Part shown: positions 21,358 to 30,711 of the stretch, piece after piece | How positions within the stretch are numbered: the first letter of the stretch is position 1 | Layout: each line of letters opens with the position of its first letter | Origin: a virus | Lineage: Duplodnaviria > Caudoviricetes | Strand: one strand, 5' to 3' | Length of the DNA: 64,000 nt | IMG/VR virus record: IMGVR_UViG_3300013947_000021 | Location: 96,001-160,000 of that record | Made by a program: the position numbers and the translations under genes | The notes under the pieces: generated by a model | The model's input: the letters and a program-made list of their open reading frames with translations, nothing else | Told to the model about the DNA's origin: nothing | Databases searched by the model: none

Positions 21358-21473
21358 TTTATTTCTCCTAAAATAAATATATTATGAAAATATTTTTTAT
21401 ATTTTCATATTTATAATATATAAACAAAAAAAATAAAAGGGAGAATAACTCTCCCTTTTATTCGATATGAGTA

Positions 21474-22154
21474 TTAGTTATCGAAAACTCTCATATCGAT
21501 ATAGAAGCTATTATTTATAGCCTCACTGATGATATTGTATACTATTAATATATCGCTATCGTTCATACGAGCGAAATAGCCGATGAATTCATCGATAGTG
21601 ATGGTGATATCATAAACACTGGGTACAGGGACATTGTTCGCATATACAAACTGTTCGAACGCAGCAGATACGAACTTTATATCCTGAGGAATAAGGCTAT
21701 TCATTCTAGCCTTATCCTCAGATGAACCCATAAGCTTGGAGTAAAGCGTATAATCGGCATTATACGCTTCCACGCTCTTCTGCTGAAGAGTGGTAAATCC
21801 ATCTTCAGCATTCTGCCGATAGAGATTGTTCCAATAAACCACTGGGTGGTTATTCATTGCAAGTACTTTAAGCAATGGCTTAAAGACCTTGTACATCGGC
21901 ACAAGAACAATCTTGTGCATCGATACAGCCTTAGCAATTGCTACATCGAACTTCTCCTCGATATCTGCGATAGAATCGTCGAGATACATATCGAGATTTC
22001 CAATGGCAGGAATTCCATCCCGCTTAATGAAGTTCGGAAGTCCCTCAATGTTGATGGGCTTCCATCTCTTCATAGGGCATCCATCATTATAAATGATGAA
22101 TACCGTCGGAAGGCTTTCAGGCTCATTTAAGAGCCTTTTGAAAAGGTCATTCAT
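21474..22154 (-). CDS. Hypothetical protein, paralog family P1 copy 1
   Basis: Same motif; early promoter 22244-22261; visibly higher GC. Confidence 0.7.
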   Translation of the reverse strand: MNDLFKRLLNEPESLPTVFIIYNDGCPMKRWKPINIEGLPNFIKRDGIPAIGNLDMYLDDSIADIEEKFDVAIAKAVSMHKIVLVPMYKVFKPLLKVLAMNNHPVVYWNNLYRQNAEDGFTTLQQKSVEAYNADYTLYSKLMGSSEDKARMNSLIPQDIKFVSAAFEQFVYANNVPVPSVYDITITIDEFIGYFARMNDSDILIVYNIISEAINNSFYIDMRVFDN

Positions 22155-22290
22155 TTTATTTTCTCCTTTGTTTTATTAGTCTTTAATTATAGGAAGAATC
22201 AAAGACTTATTTATGTATGAAATATAGAATATATCATTCTGTATTTCATATTTATAATATACAAGTAAAATTCAGTACTTTTACTTGTTA

Positions 22291-22533
22291 TTATTCATCT
22301 AATTCAATTTCTATTGAAGGTCTAAGATCAGTATATGTGACTAATACACCATTTACTTCATCATTATGTTTTTCTCTATTTGCAGAGTCTTCATCCATAA
22401 TATATATCCAATAAATATCATCATCATTTTCTCTTGGTTGTATTTCTATTGCTACTATATTTCCAAATAATTCACTATCCATTTCATCATAATAGCGAAC
22501 ATGTTTTCCTATAAGATTATTAATATTATTCAT
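22291..22533 (-). CDS. Hypothetical protein
   Basis: ORF with AAGGAG SD. Confidence 0.6.
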   Translation of the reverse strand: MNNINNLIGKHVRYYDEMDSELFGNIVAIEIQPRENDDDIYWIYIMDEDSANREKHNDEVNGVLVTYTDLRPSIEIELDE

Positions 22534-22555
22534 TTGTTTTATTCTCCTTAAAATC

Positions 22556-22894
22556 TTAATCTGATAAACCTATAACAATAGGTTTACTAGTATCATATAT
22601 TAACTCATCATACATATCATTGAGTCCATGTATAGATACATCTGTATAATAAATACGCTCTCCAGTATTTTTATCTATTACTATTTTATATAAAGATCTA
22701 TCTGCTATATGATCTATTGAATATAAACGTATTTTAAATCCATCTTCTGTATAGATTGCTTCTATAGCAACAGGTTCAAGTCCAGAATCTATTGATATTG
22801 AAGAATCAAATCGATCAAATCGCTTAGCATATACTGTAGGTTTAAGCATATTTTTATTTAATCGGCCAATATTATTAATTACTTCTGTATGCAT
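22556..22894 (-). CDS. Hypothetical protein
   Basis: ORF with AGGAG SD. Confidence 0.6.
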   Translation of the reverse strand: MHTEVINNIGRLNKNMLKPTVYAKRFDRFDSSISIDSGLEPVAIEAIYTEDGFKIRLYSIDHIADRSLYKIVIDKNTGERIYYTDVSIHGLNDMYDELIYDTSKPIVIGLSD

Positions 22895-22956
22895 ATTATC
22901 ATCTCCTATAAAATATTATACAGGGATAATTACTATCCCTGTATAATACTTATTGT

Positions 22957-25900
22957 TTAAAACATACTTGCTTTTTCTTTAGCTGCTTTAAGTTTTTCAA
23001 GCTGAGCAGAAGAATAATTAGATCTACTAAGATATGCAAGTGTATTCATATTAATAATAGTATCGCGCTTATGATTATAAGCATTATTAAACATACCATC
23101 ATTCTTACTAATATACATTGCATTTCTAGGATTAAATACATTCTCTGCAGCAACCTGGAAATCTTTATTTATTATTGCTAATATATTGAGCGTATCTCCC
23201 GTATATTCACATTGCTTCGCAACAGCAATGCAGTTCTCTTATGAACTTCCTATACTTATGATTTTATATAGAACTAGACTATATCATTCTCTCTTAATGT
23301 ATACATTAAGAGAGCATGGCATTTCGATTTAATAGGACTTATATTCTTTCCAATAATGCCTAACCCCATTAGCTTGGGCTCTACGTTCTTACGAACTAGT
23401 CGTTGAACTTTGAAAGGTTTTATATTAATATATAAATTTTTTAGTTATATGATTTCTAGTTTTTCTATGATATAATTTATAAATAAAACTTCCCAATGTA
23501 GAAGAATTATTATCATATTTATTCACATAACTTTTATATACATCAATATATGGTATTCCTTTTTGAAATTTTTCACATATTTCAATAGCTAAATTATCAC
23601 TATAAACAGAGTTATATCTATCTTCACCATGCTGATATAATTCGTTTATAGATGCATGATACTTATTTTGATTATTATTACACCATTCTAGATTTAAATA
23701 ATTATTATTTTGTTTATTTCCATCTATATGATTTACATCAGTATAAGTATCTGGAAATGGATTTATTATAAAACTATTTGCCACTAATCTATGAACAGAA
23801 AAATTTCGTTTACCATTATTAGTAATTAAGCAAATTCTAAAATATCCAGATTTATTTATATCAAACTGTAAATATTTATTTTTTAATCTACTATATATTT
23901 CTCCAGTTGGATATATCATATAATATGGCATTATATTATCATATACTAATAGAATTGGTTCTAAATTTGGTGTTATATTTTTATAAAATATAACTGGATT
24001 TGTTGTATGATCAAACATGTTTTTTCCTTTCAAAAGTGCTGATTATCTATAATAAACGCTCAATATTATAGATTCCCAGCTTTTAACCACCTATGGCATA
24101 TAAGAATCACTTCTTATATGGACAATCATTCATCAAAGTCTGCAGCTAATCCTTCAAGTATTTCAAGTGGTATAAGCATAGTATATCCTGTAGATATACC
24201 AGTACAATACATTTGGACAATTCCGCCGAGATTTATGGTAGGATTACGATTTATTAATATCGGTATTCCTCGTCCACTTGCTCTTATTATTCCTTCTATA
24301 ATTTGTTTTATAGTAGGATTTTCATCGTGTAAATTTGCATATACAAATTTATATGCATCATTATATCTCATAGAATAACTTTTATGCAATATATTAATTA
24401 TTCTCTGTTGAAGCAATCCACAAAGACAAGGATAAGATAAATGAACTTCATCTATTCTTAATTCTGGTCCAGGTGCTATAACAGATCGTGCAGTGAAGTT
24501 ATCGTATATTCACATTGCTTCGCAACAGCAATGCAGTTCTCTTATGAACTTCCTATACTTATGATTTTGTATAGAACTAGACTATATCATTCTCTCTTAA
24601 TGTATACATTAAGAGAGCATGGCATTTCGATTTAATAGGACTTACAATGGACCTTTATACCTAACCCCATTAGCTTGGGCTCTACGTTCTTACGAACTAG
24701 TCGTTGAACCTTCTTAAGATTTCTCTTAAGCTTGGCCACTGATTAACATATCCAGATTTCACCATTCTAGATAAGCATCCCAGTAATTAACCAACTTTGC
24801 ATATAAGAATTACTTCTTATATGGCCACTTTTACACAGCGTCCGCCAAATAATTGTTGTATCAGAATACATTATTGATTCCCTGACTATATCTTCATCTT
24901 CAGCTTTACCTGTTAAGAGTCTCCCATTTCGCTTGCGCTACGTTACTCGGTTATTCACAGAAGTTTTTCATTCTGTTACCCTTTTACTAGTCGATGAACC
25001 TTCCTAAGATTTCTCTTAAGCTTGGCTGCTGATTATCTATTGTAACGATGGTTAAGATTTTCATCCATACATCATCTCATAACTTATTTCTAACTTTCGT
25101 CTCCATATATATTATATATGGCATATGAGCATTAAGAACTCCCAGCAATTAAAGAGATTGTTTACTGCACATTTCTGTACAGGGAACCATACAACCGATT
25201 TGGTCTAGTTCCTTTTTTACCAGATAATATCTTAACTAACTCTCCATATAGATCTTGATACTTTTTTTGCATATCTATAAGAAGCTGATTCTTAGGCTTA
25301 TTCTTTCTAGACATGATGGTTTTATCATTATTAATAACACCAGCAAGTCTTGCTAAAATATTATATAATGCATTAGTACCTTCAAAATGGAAAGCACCGC
25401 CATCAATCTTATAAGGTCTAAGATGAATTGTATATACAGGAATACTCTGTATAAACACTTTATTTCTATTAGCCATAATATCATCATAGTAGTCTTGTTT
25501 AGCAGGTCTCTTGATTCGATAATAATTCATTATATCATCAAATCTCTCATAGAAACCTATTAAACCTATACCTGTAAATTCATTGTCTCCTTTACGAGGT
25601 GTAGTTATATCATGTCCATCCTCATCTTTTCTATCATCAGGGGTGATGATAGACATGAATTCTTTTTCACCAATAAATGATGCAAGAGAATTATACAGAT
25701 TCGGATGAATAAGATGATAAGGATCTTTAAGAACGATATAACCAAACATTTGGAAATTATCATCCTTAAATTCTACTTTAGTTCCACAAACTTCACAAGT
25801 AAGTCCATGATAGAATCTAGATGTTGTGTGTCCACATTTACATCTATATCTATTGCCAAATGGATTTGCATCCTGAAGTCCTGGACCATACTTGGTTGAG

Positions 25901-26076
25901 AATATTCCATTGGGGTCTTTTACATCATCCTTAATAGCTTTAGGTGCACTCACTATAAAACCATTTCCAGATAATACATCGTGTTTACGCTCATCATCAA
26001 GATTGAGCCTAACAAGATGAGTTTCATATTCAAACTCAGAAGAGTTTGAATATCTCGTGTTTACATTAAGTTTCAT
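22957..26076 (-). CDS. rpoC: Multisubunit RNA polymerase beta'-like N-terminal/catalytic subunit, 4 exons (26076-25207, 24861-24837, 24502-24132, 23199-22957), about 502 aa spliced
   Basis: Zn ribbon CKCG...CEVC; splicing restores LSGKKGT|IQQLFGGRY|NFTARSVIAPGP...INRNPTI...LAADFD|GDTLN. Confidence 0.85.
23200..24131 (-). mobile_element. Group I intron 3 (932 nt) carrying an HNH homing endonuclease; interrupts the DFD|GD motif
   Basis: GAT|...G|GGA GAT boundaries; R and S motifs; internal ORF. Confidence 0.85.
23425..24033 (-). CDS. Intron-encoded HNH homing endonuclease (I-HmuI-like)
   Basis: VHRLVA..FI.NP...VNHIDGNKQNN...NLEWC motif. Confidence 0.9.
   Translation of the reverse strand: MKGKNMFDHTTNPVIFYKNITPNLEPILLVYDNIMPYYMIYPTGEIYSRLKNKYLQFDINKSGYFRICLITNNGKRNFSVHRLVANSFIINPFPDTYTDVNHIDGNKQNNNYLNLEWCNNNQNKYHASINELYQHGEDRYNSVYSDNLAIEICEKFQKGIPYIDVYKSYVNKYDNNSSTLGSFIYKLYHRKTRNHITKKFIY
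24503..24836 (-). ncRNA. Group I intron 2 (334 nt, no ORF)
   Basis: U|...G boundaries restore the TAT codon; GUUCAACGACUA (R) and GAUAUAGUC (S) motifs. Confidence 0.8.
24862..25206 (-). ncRNA. Group I intron 1 (345 nt, no ORF)
   Basis: 5' exon ends in U, intron ends in G; R-like GUUCAUCGACUA and S-like AAGAUAUAGUC motifs. Confidence 0.8.
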
Positions 26077-26174
26077 ATGTTATTGTCCTCCTTCGAAATT
26101 ATAAAAATGTTGAAGCCTTGATAAAAACATACCTAGATAGCCATATTTCAGGCTATCTAGGTATATTAGGTAAA

Positions 26175-26477
26175 TTAAAGCATTTTCTCTATAATTACTG
26201 AAGCTGCTTTATCAGAAAACTTGCTCAATACTTTTGATACTGCTTCAGATCCATTGTCGAGCATATTCTCAATGGACTTCTTTACCTCTGCTCCTATCTT
26301 GTCTCCGCATACAATAACTCTTTCAGAGACTCTAATTGGTTCATAACAGGTAGAGTCTGCTTCAAGTTTTTCATTCAAATAATTCAATAGTGCATTATTG
26401 TTCTCACTATCGAAATTTGAATTGAGTTTAATAAGTGCTCGTCTCGAAAGGTCCTGATAAGATTTGTTGTTTTTCAT
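26175..26477 (-). CDS. Hypothetical protein
   Basis: ORF with GGAGA SD and early-like motif upstream. Confidence 0.6.
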   Translation of the reverse strand: MKNNKSYQDLSRRALIKLNSNFDSENNNALLNYLNEKLEADSTCYEPIRVSERVIVCGDKIGAEVKKSIENMLDNGSEAVSKVLSKFSDKAASVIIEKML

Positions 26478-26591
26478 TTTGTTTCTCCTAAATTAAAAAA
26501 ATATTTTTAACCAATCTCTTGGTCAATATTATAATATATGTTTTAGATGTCATTTACAAAAAATAAAGTAGATATATAAAATCTACTTTAT

Positions 26592-27047
26592 TTACCAGTG
26601 AATTACTGGTAAAGAATTATAATAATCAAATAGTGATATATCAAAATTAGTTTCTATTATTTCTATATCACTAATTGAAGTTATAATTCTAGGGATATAA
26701 ATAGTATCAAAATTGTTATCTACTTTTATATATTTAAATATCCCTAGCATAGAATTATCATATATAGAAACTTTATCTCTAGGAGTCTTAAATAATATAG
26801 ATGCTAAAGCAGATTTTTGATTTATATCTCTATCAAATAATATAATAGAATGCTTTGCTTCTTGTCTAATACAATTTCTTCTTATTTTAATAAAATAAAT
26901 AAGAAGATTTTTATTCATAAAATACTTATTAAATTTTACTAAAGACTTACTTAAATACTTTGATGAATTTATAATAGAATTAAAATAGGATTGTTCTATA
27001 ATTATATTATTTGGAACTGATGAATTATGTATAATTTCTTGTCGCAA
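26592..27047 (-). CDS. Hypothetical protein (TTG start)
   Basis: AAGGAG SD before TTG. Confidence 0.5.
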   Translation of the reverse strand: MRQEIIHNSSVPNNIIIEQSYFNSIINSSKYLSKSLVKFNKYFMNKNLLIYFIKIRRNCIRQEAKHSIILFDRDINQKSALASILFKTPRDKVSIYDNSMLGIFKYIKVDNNFDTIYIPRIITSISDIEIIETNFDISLFDYYNSLPVIHW

Positions 27048-27258
27048 TTTAATTATTCTCCTTAAATAATAAAAATAAAATCATTTATTAAAATAGCCCC
27101 AGTAGATTTTTCATCTACTGGGGTAAAAGAAAGGAAAAAAGGATGAATGAGGATGAAAGAAATTATATTACACTAAATAACACCATATATGTAATATAAA
27201 CCTCACTCACCCATTGGTATTAAAAGAGTAATTATAAATTACTCGTTTTAATCGATTG

Positions 27259-27396
27259 TTATCGATGCATTTCACCAATTGCACCGACAAGCGTTCCTAT
27301 GGCTTTACCCATGAAGAACGCTGCAGAAATTATTCCTACATATATTACAAGAATAACTCCGCAGATTTTTAACTCCGACTTTTTGTCGAGCTTCAT
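27259..27396 (-). CDS. Small hydrophobic protein, 45 aa (MKLDKKSELKICGVILVIYVGIISAAFFMGK...)
   Basis: Translated by hand; ATGA overlap with the upstream ORF. Confidence 0.55.
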   Translation of the reverse strand: MKLDKKSELKICGVILVIYVGIISAAFFMGKAIGTLVGAIGEMHR

Positions 27397-27710
27397 AATC
27401 TTATATCCTCCATTTTAATTTTCTTCATAAGACCCCATGCAGTAAATTTTTGCATAGAATCCATACTACAGATAGATTTATCTATATCTATCTTGCTAAG
27501 GCCATCGATATGATCTTCATTTTCGAAGATCATATCTCTAAAATTTTTGCAGAGCTCTAAAGCTCTTATAGCGAGCTTTAATTCATGAAGAGATATTGCT
27601 ATCTCTTCATCCGAAGATGCATTGTGCGCATTGAACGCAACATGAGATGATAATGCATAAGCATTATTTATAATCTCATTCATTCTATATGCCTTAATGA
27701 CATTAGTCAT
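27393..27710 (-). CDS. Hypothetical protein
   Basis: ORF coupled to neighbours, GGAGG SD. Confidence 0.6.
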   Translation of the reverse strand: MTNVIKAYRMNEIINNAYALSSHVAFNAHNASSDEEIAISLHELKLAIRALELCKNFRDMIFENEDHIDGLSKIDIDKSICSMDSMQKFTAWGLMKKIKMEDIRL

Positions 27711-27711
27711 C

Positions 27712-28203
27712 TTACATGCCTCCTTGAAAGATATCTGTTGAATGAGGTGAAAACTGAACTGCTCCAGGAAATGGAGTAGAGTAGCATGGAGGTTGATGCA
27801 TATTATGCATTGCTATTTTAACTTCTTCGAATATAGATTTAAAATAATCTACATCGAATTTAGAAGTGTACTTTAGCACCTCATTATCTATTGCACTTAT
27901 AAAATTAAGTGCATAAAAATACTGCACCGGATTTCTAAACTTCATCAGTTCAGAAATTATTTTATGAGCTCTTCCAGACTCATTGAATATTCTCATTAGT
28001 GATGCTTTTGTTTTTACCCCATCACCAATTTGAGTGAAGTTGCTAACTTTACCTGCTTCCTCAAGCTCCTTATTAGAAGGGGTAAAGTTTATAACATCGA
28101 TACTTAAATCTTTAAGTATCGAGCTAAGCTCATCTTCGAGCTCTTTTCTTTCTTCATCGTTCTCTTCACCTGATAGCAATAAAAGAAAATCGGTATCGTA
28201 CAT
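27712..28203 (-). CDS. Hypothetical protein (likely start MYDTDF at 28203)
   Basis: AAGGAGA SD directly before ATG 28203. Confidence 0.6.
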   Translation of the reverse strand: MYDTDFLLLLSGEENDEERKELEDELSSILKDLSIDVINFTPSNKELEEAGKVSNFTQIGDGVKTKASLMRIFNESGRAHKIISELMKFRNPVQYFYALNFISAIDNEVLKYTSKFDVDYFKSIFEEVKIAMHNMHQPPCYSTPFPGAVQFSPHSTDIFQGGM

Positions 28204-28461
28204 TTTTATTTCTCCTTTTCTTTTCATATACCTAAAGTATATGCATATTAATATATCTCAGAATTTATATATCAATATGGAAATCCAGTATCGTAGGAAA
28301 ATGCTATGAAATAATTATCTAAATAAAGTAGTCAATTTTATTTAGATGAGTAATATTTTTATTATATTACTCTCTTTATTTCATATTTATAATATATTAT
28401 CATAATCAATAAGAATTACAAAAGAATATAGAAGGAGAATATTCTCCTTCTATATAATATT

Positions 28462-29724
28462 TTAATCATTAATACAAAAAGCCTTTATAGGATCCATCTC
28501 AGTAAAGTTAAGCTGATCATCATGGAAAAGTTTCATAGAAAGAACCTTGAGTCTGGATGGAATCTGAGGAGTAGACGCGCCTATATTTCTAATACCTAAT
28601 CTATAAAAAAGGTTTCCAGCACATTTATTACAGATACCATCTTTAGCTTCACACATAGATGAAAATCTAAGTTTTACTCGCTTTCCAATAAACTTATCTT
28701 TATTTTCAGATGTAATCTCAGTAAGAGATCCATCATCATTAATTACATAACAATACATAATAGATCCAATATTCTTATCAGTTACATCCATTGTAATATG
28801 TCTTGTAGTTCCACAATCAGAATCGGGTTCAAGAAGAACTACATGCTCAAATGCAGGAAGGAACAACTTTTCCCAATATCCACCAAGCTCAGTTTTCTTA
28901 GCACGAGAATAAGGACCTGCAGCAAGAGTATTAGCAATCTTAGAATATTCTTCTTTAGAAATTCCATCTACATAATTAGATGTAATAATATTATAAGACT
29001 TTCTAGGATCAGGATCCTGAACAGATCCTCTCATGATAAACATATTCTTGAAGTTATTTTCAAATGATCCACCAGCACCAGACATAAACATATCCATCGC
29101 AGGATCATCTTTCATAATACTTCTAGCATATTCAAGAAGTTCCTTAGAAATTTTATCAACAACCTTTACATCACCTTTATCAAAAGCTTCTTGATTTGCT
29201 TTAATTAATTCTTGTTTCTTTTTATCAATAAGCTTAGTACAAGTAAGCATATTATCAGAATAACTAGGAGCAAGAATACTTACATAAGGCATAAATTTCT
29301 GAGATTTCTTACAGAACTTTTTATAACAATCTACAGAAATTCTATTTTCAAGAACTGCATAGCCCAATGAATCAAATATCTTACCATATTTCTTTTTTCC
29401 AATATCATCATTCACATATCCTAAGAAATTAAGCAACTCAGGCTCACATTCAATAAAATATTTATTAAAAATGAATCTGCCTATAGTAGTAGTAAATTCA
29501 TTCTTATTTCTTTTTTCAGTTCCATCGGGAAGTTTTCCGCCATATCCTCCAGTAGGAATAGTAATTATATCATATGGATTAAACTTCTGATTTCCGTTTC
29601 CAAAATCTCCGAAAGTTTCCATTATAAAACTAGTAGTTATATCATCTTCGGTAAGAGCAATAAATTTATCTATAATATTTTTATCTGTTATAGTTTTAGA
29701 TTTTCTTATAGTCTTATCAGCCAT
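28462..29724 (-). CDS. RNA polymerase beta'-like subunit, middle/C-terminal fragment
   Basis: TTIGRFIFN, SGAGG, DCGT and Zn-binding LR.S.MC...GICNKCAG motifs. Confidence 0.8.
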   Translation of the reverse strand: MADKTIRKSKTITDKNIIDKFIALTEDDITTSFIMETFGDFGNGNQKFNPYDIITIPTGGYGGKLPDGTEKRNKNEFTTTIGRFIFNKYFIECEPELLNFLGYVNDDIGKKKYGKIFDSLGYAVLENRISVDCYKKFCKKSQKFMPYVSILAPSYSDNMLTCTKLIDKKKQELIKANQEAFDKGDVKVVDKISKELLEYARSIMKDDPAMDMFMSGAGGSFENNFKNMFIMRGSVQDPDPRKSYNIITSNYVDGISKEEYSKIANTLAAGPYSRAKKTELGGYWEKLFLPAFEHVVLLEPDSDCGTTRHITMDVTDKNIGSIMYCYVINDDGSLTEITSENKDKFIGKRVKLRFSSMCEAKDGICNKCAGNLFYRLGIRNIGASTPQIPSRLKVLSMKLFHDDQLNFTEMDPIKAFCIND

Positions 29725-29817
29725 AATAGTATTACCTCCATAAGGTTTATATTATTCATTTGTTCAAGATATCAAATAAAAGACCAAGTAGGATTTCCTA
29801 CTTGGCCTAGTGATTTA

Positions 29818-30660
29818 TTACATGTAAATATGATAAATAATTTCAATTCCCTTAGTGACATCAATAAGAGATTCATTCGGAATATTAAGCTTTGTAATAG
29901 GACGAATTTCTTTAAAATAAACCTGTCCACTTTCTTCAACAGGATATCCAGTACAAAGAGAAATACTATTAATCTTCGCTTCATCAATACCAACAGTTGC
30001 TACAAAGTAATCTCTAATATCTTCCTTAGTAATCTTAAGACTAAGTTCAACAAATGTTTCTGCAGAAGTGGTCTTTACAGAATCATATACCGTAGCATCA
30101 ATAGGAGTACCATCAATATACTGCTGAACAATCTTAGGTTCAGTTTCAAATCTCTTAAAGTAATAAGCTATGTACTTTCCATCACTAGTAGTAGCACGAC
30201 CAAAATAAGTTTCCTTAAGAGCATCAGTAAGATCATTACTTGCAAGCTGATATCTAAAGGGAACAAGATCAGCAGGTTTAATCCACTTAGTATAATTTAC
30301 AGGATAAACCTGAGAAGATTCAGATCCGCATCCATCAGTACCGCAACAGAAGAGAACTACCTTCTGATTATTTTTGGTAGCAGTAGTACCAAGATCTTTA
30401 CTAGGAGCAGTCTCTCCAGTAGGAGTATAAATATTAAGAGCGGTATTATAAGATGGAGTAATCTCATCAGTAGTAAGATCAAAAAGCTTTTTAGCAACAA
30501 ATCCAGAGCCAGGAATAATTACCTTATTCTTAAGACCCTTAAAAATAACTTCTCCAGTTTCAAGATTCTTTATATCAATAGAAGTTTTAAATGTAGTATA
30601 TTCTCTACTATATTCTTCATGTGCATTAACACCATCGAAGGCGACTAATGTCTTATCCAT
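29818..30660 (-). CDS. Virion structural protein (baseplate/tail-like)
   Basis: NKVI..G and C-terminal K.IEIIYHIY pattern; late motif 30691-30702. Confidence 0.5.
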   Translation of the reverse strand: MDKTLVAFDGVNAHEEYSREYTTFKTSIDIKNLETGEVIFKGLKNKVIIPGSGFVAKKLFDLTTDEITPSYNTALNIYTPTGETAPSKDLGTTATKNNQKVVLFCCGTDGCGSESSQVYPVNYTKWIKPADLVPFRYQLASNDLTDALKETYFGRATTSDGKYIAYYFKRFETEPKIVQQYIDGTPIDATVYDSVKTTSAETFVELSLKITKEDIRDYFVATVGIDEAKINSISLCTGYPVEESGQVYFKEIRPITKLNIPNESLIDVTKGIEIIYHIYM

Positions 30661-30711
30661 AATAGTCCTCCTTATAGATTTATTTTTAATTATTTATATG
30701 TTTTATATCCT

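Noticed and set aside
24503-24836. Group II intron (sequence starts with GTG)
   Set aside because: Too short, no domain V seen; has group I R/S motifs and a terminal G
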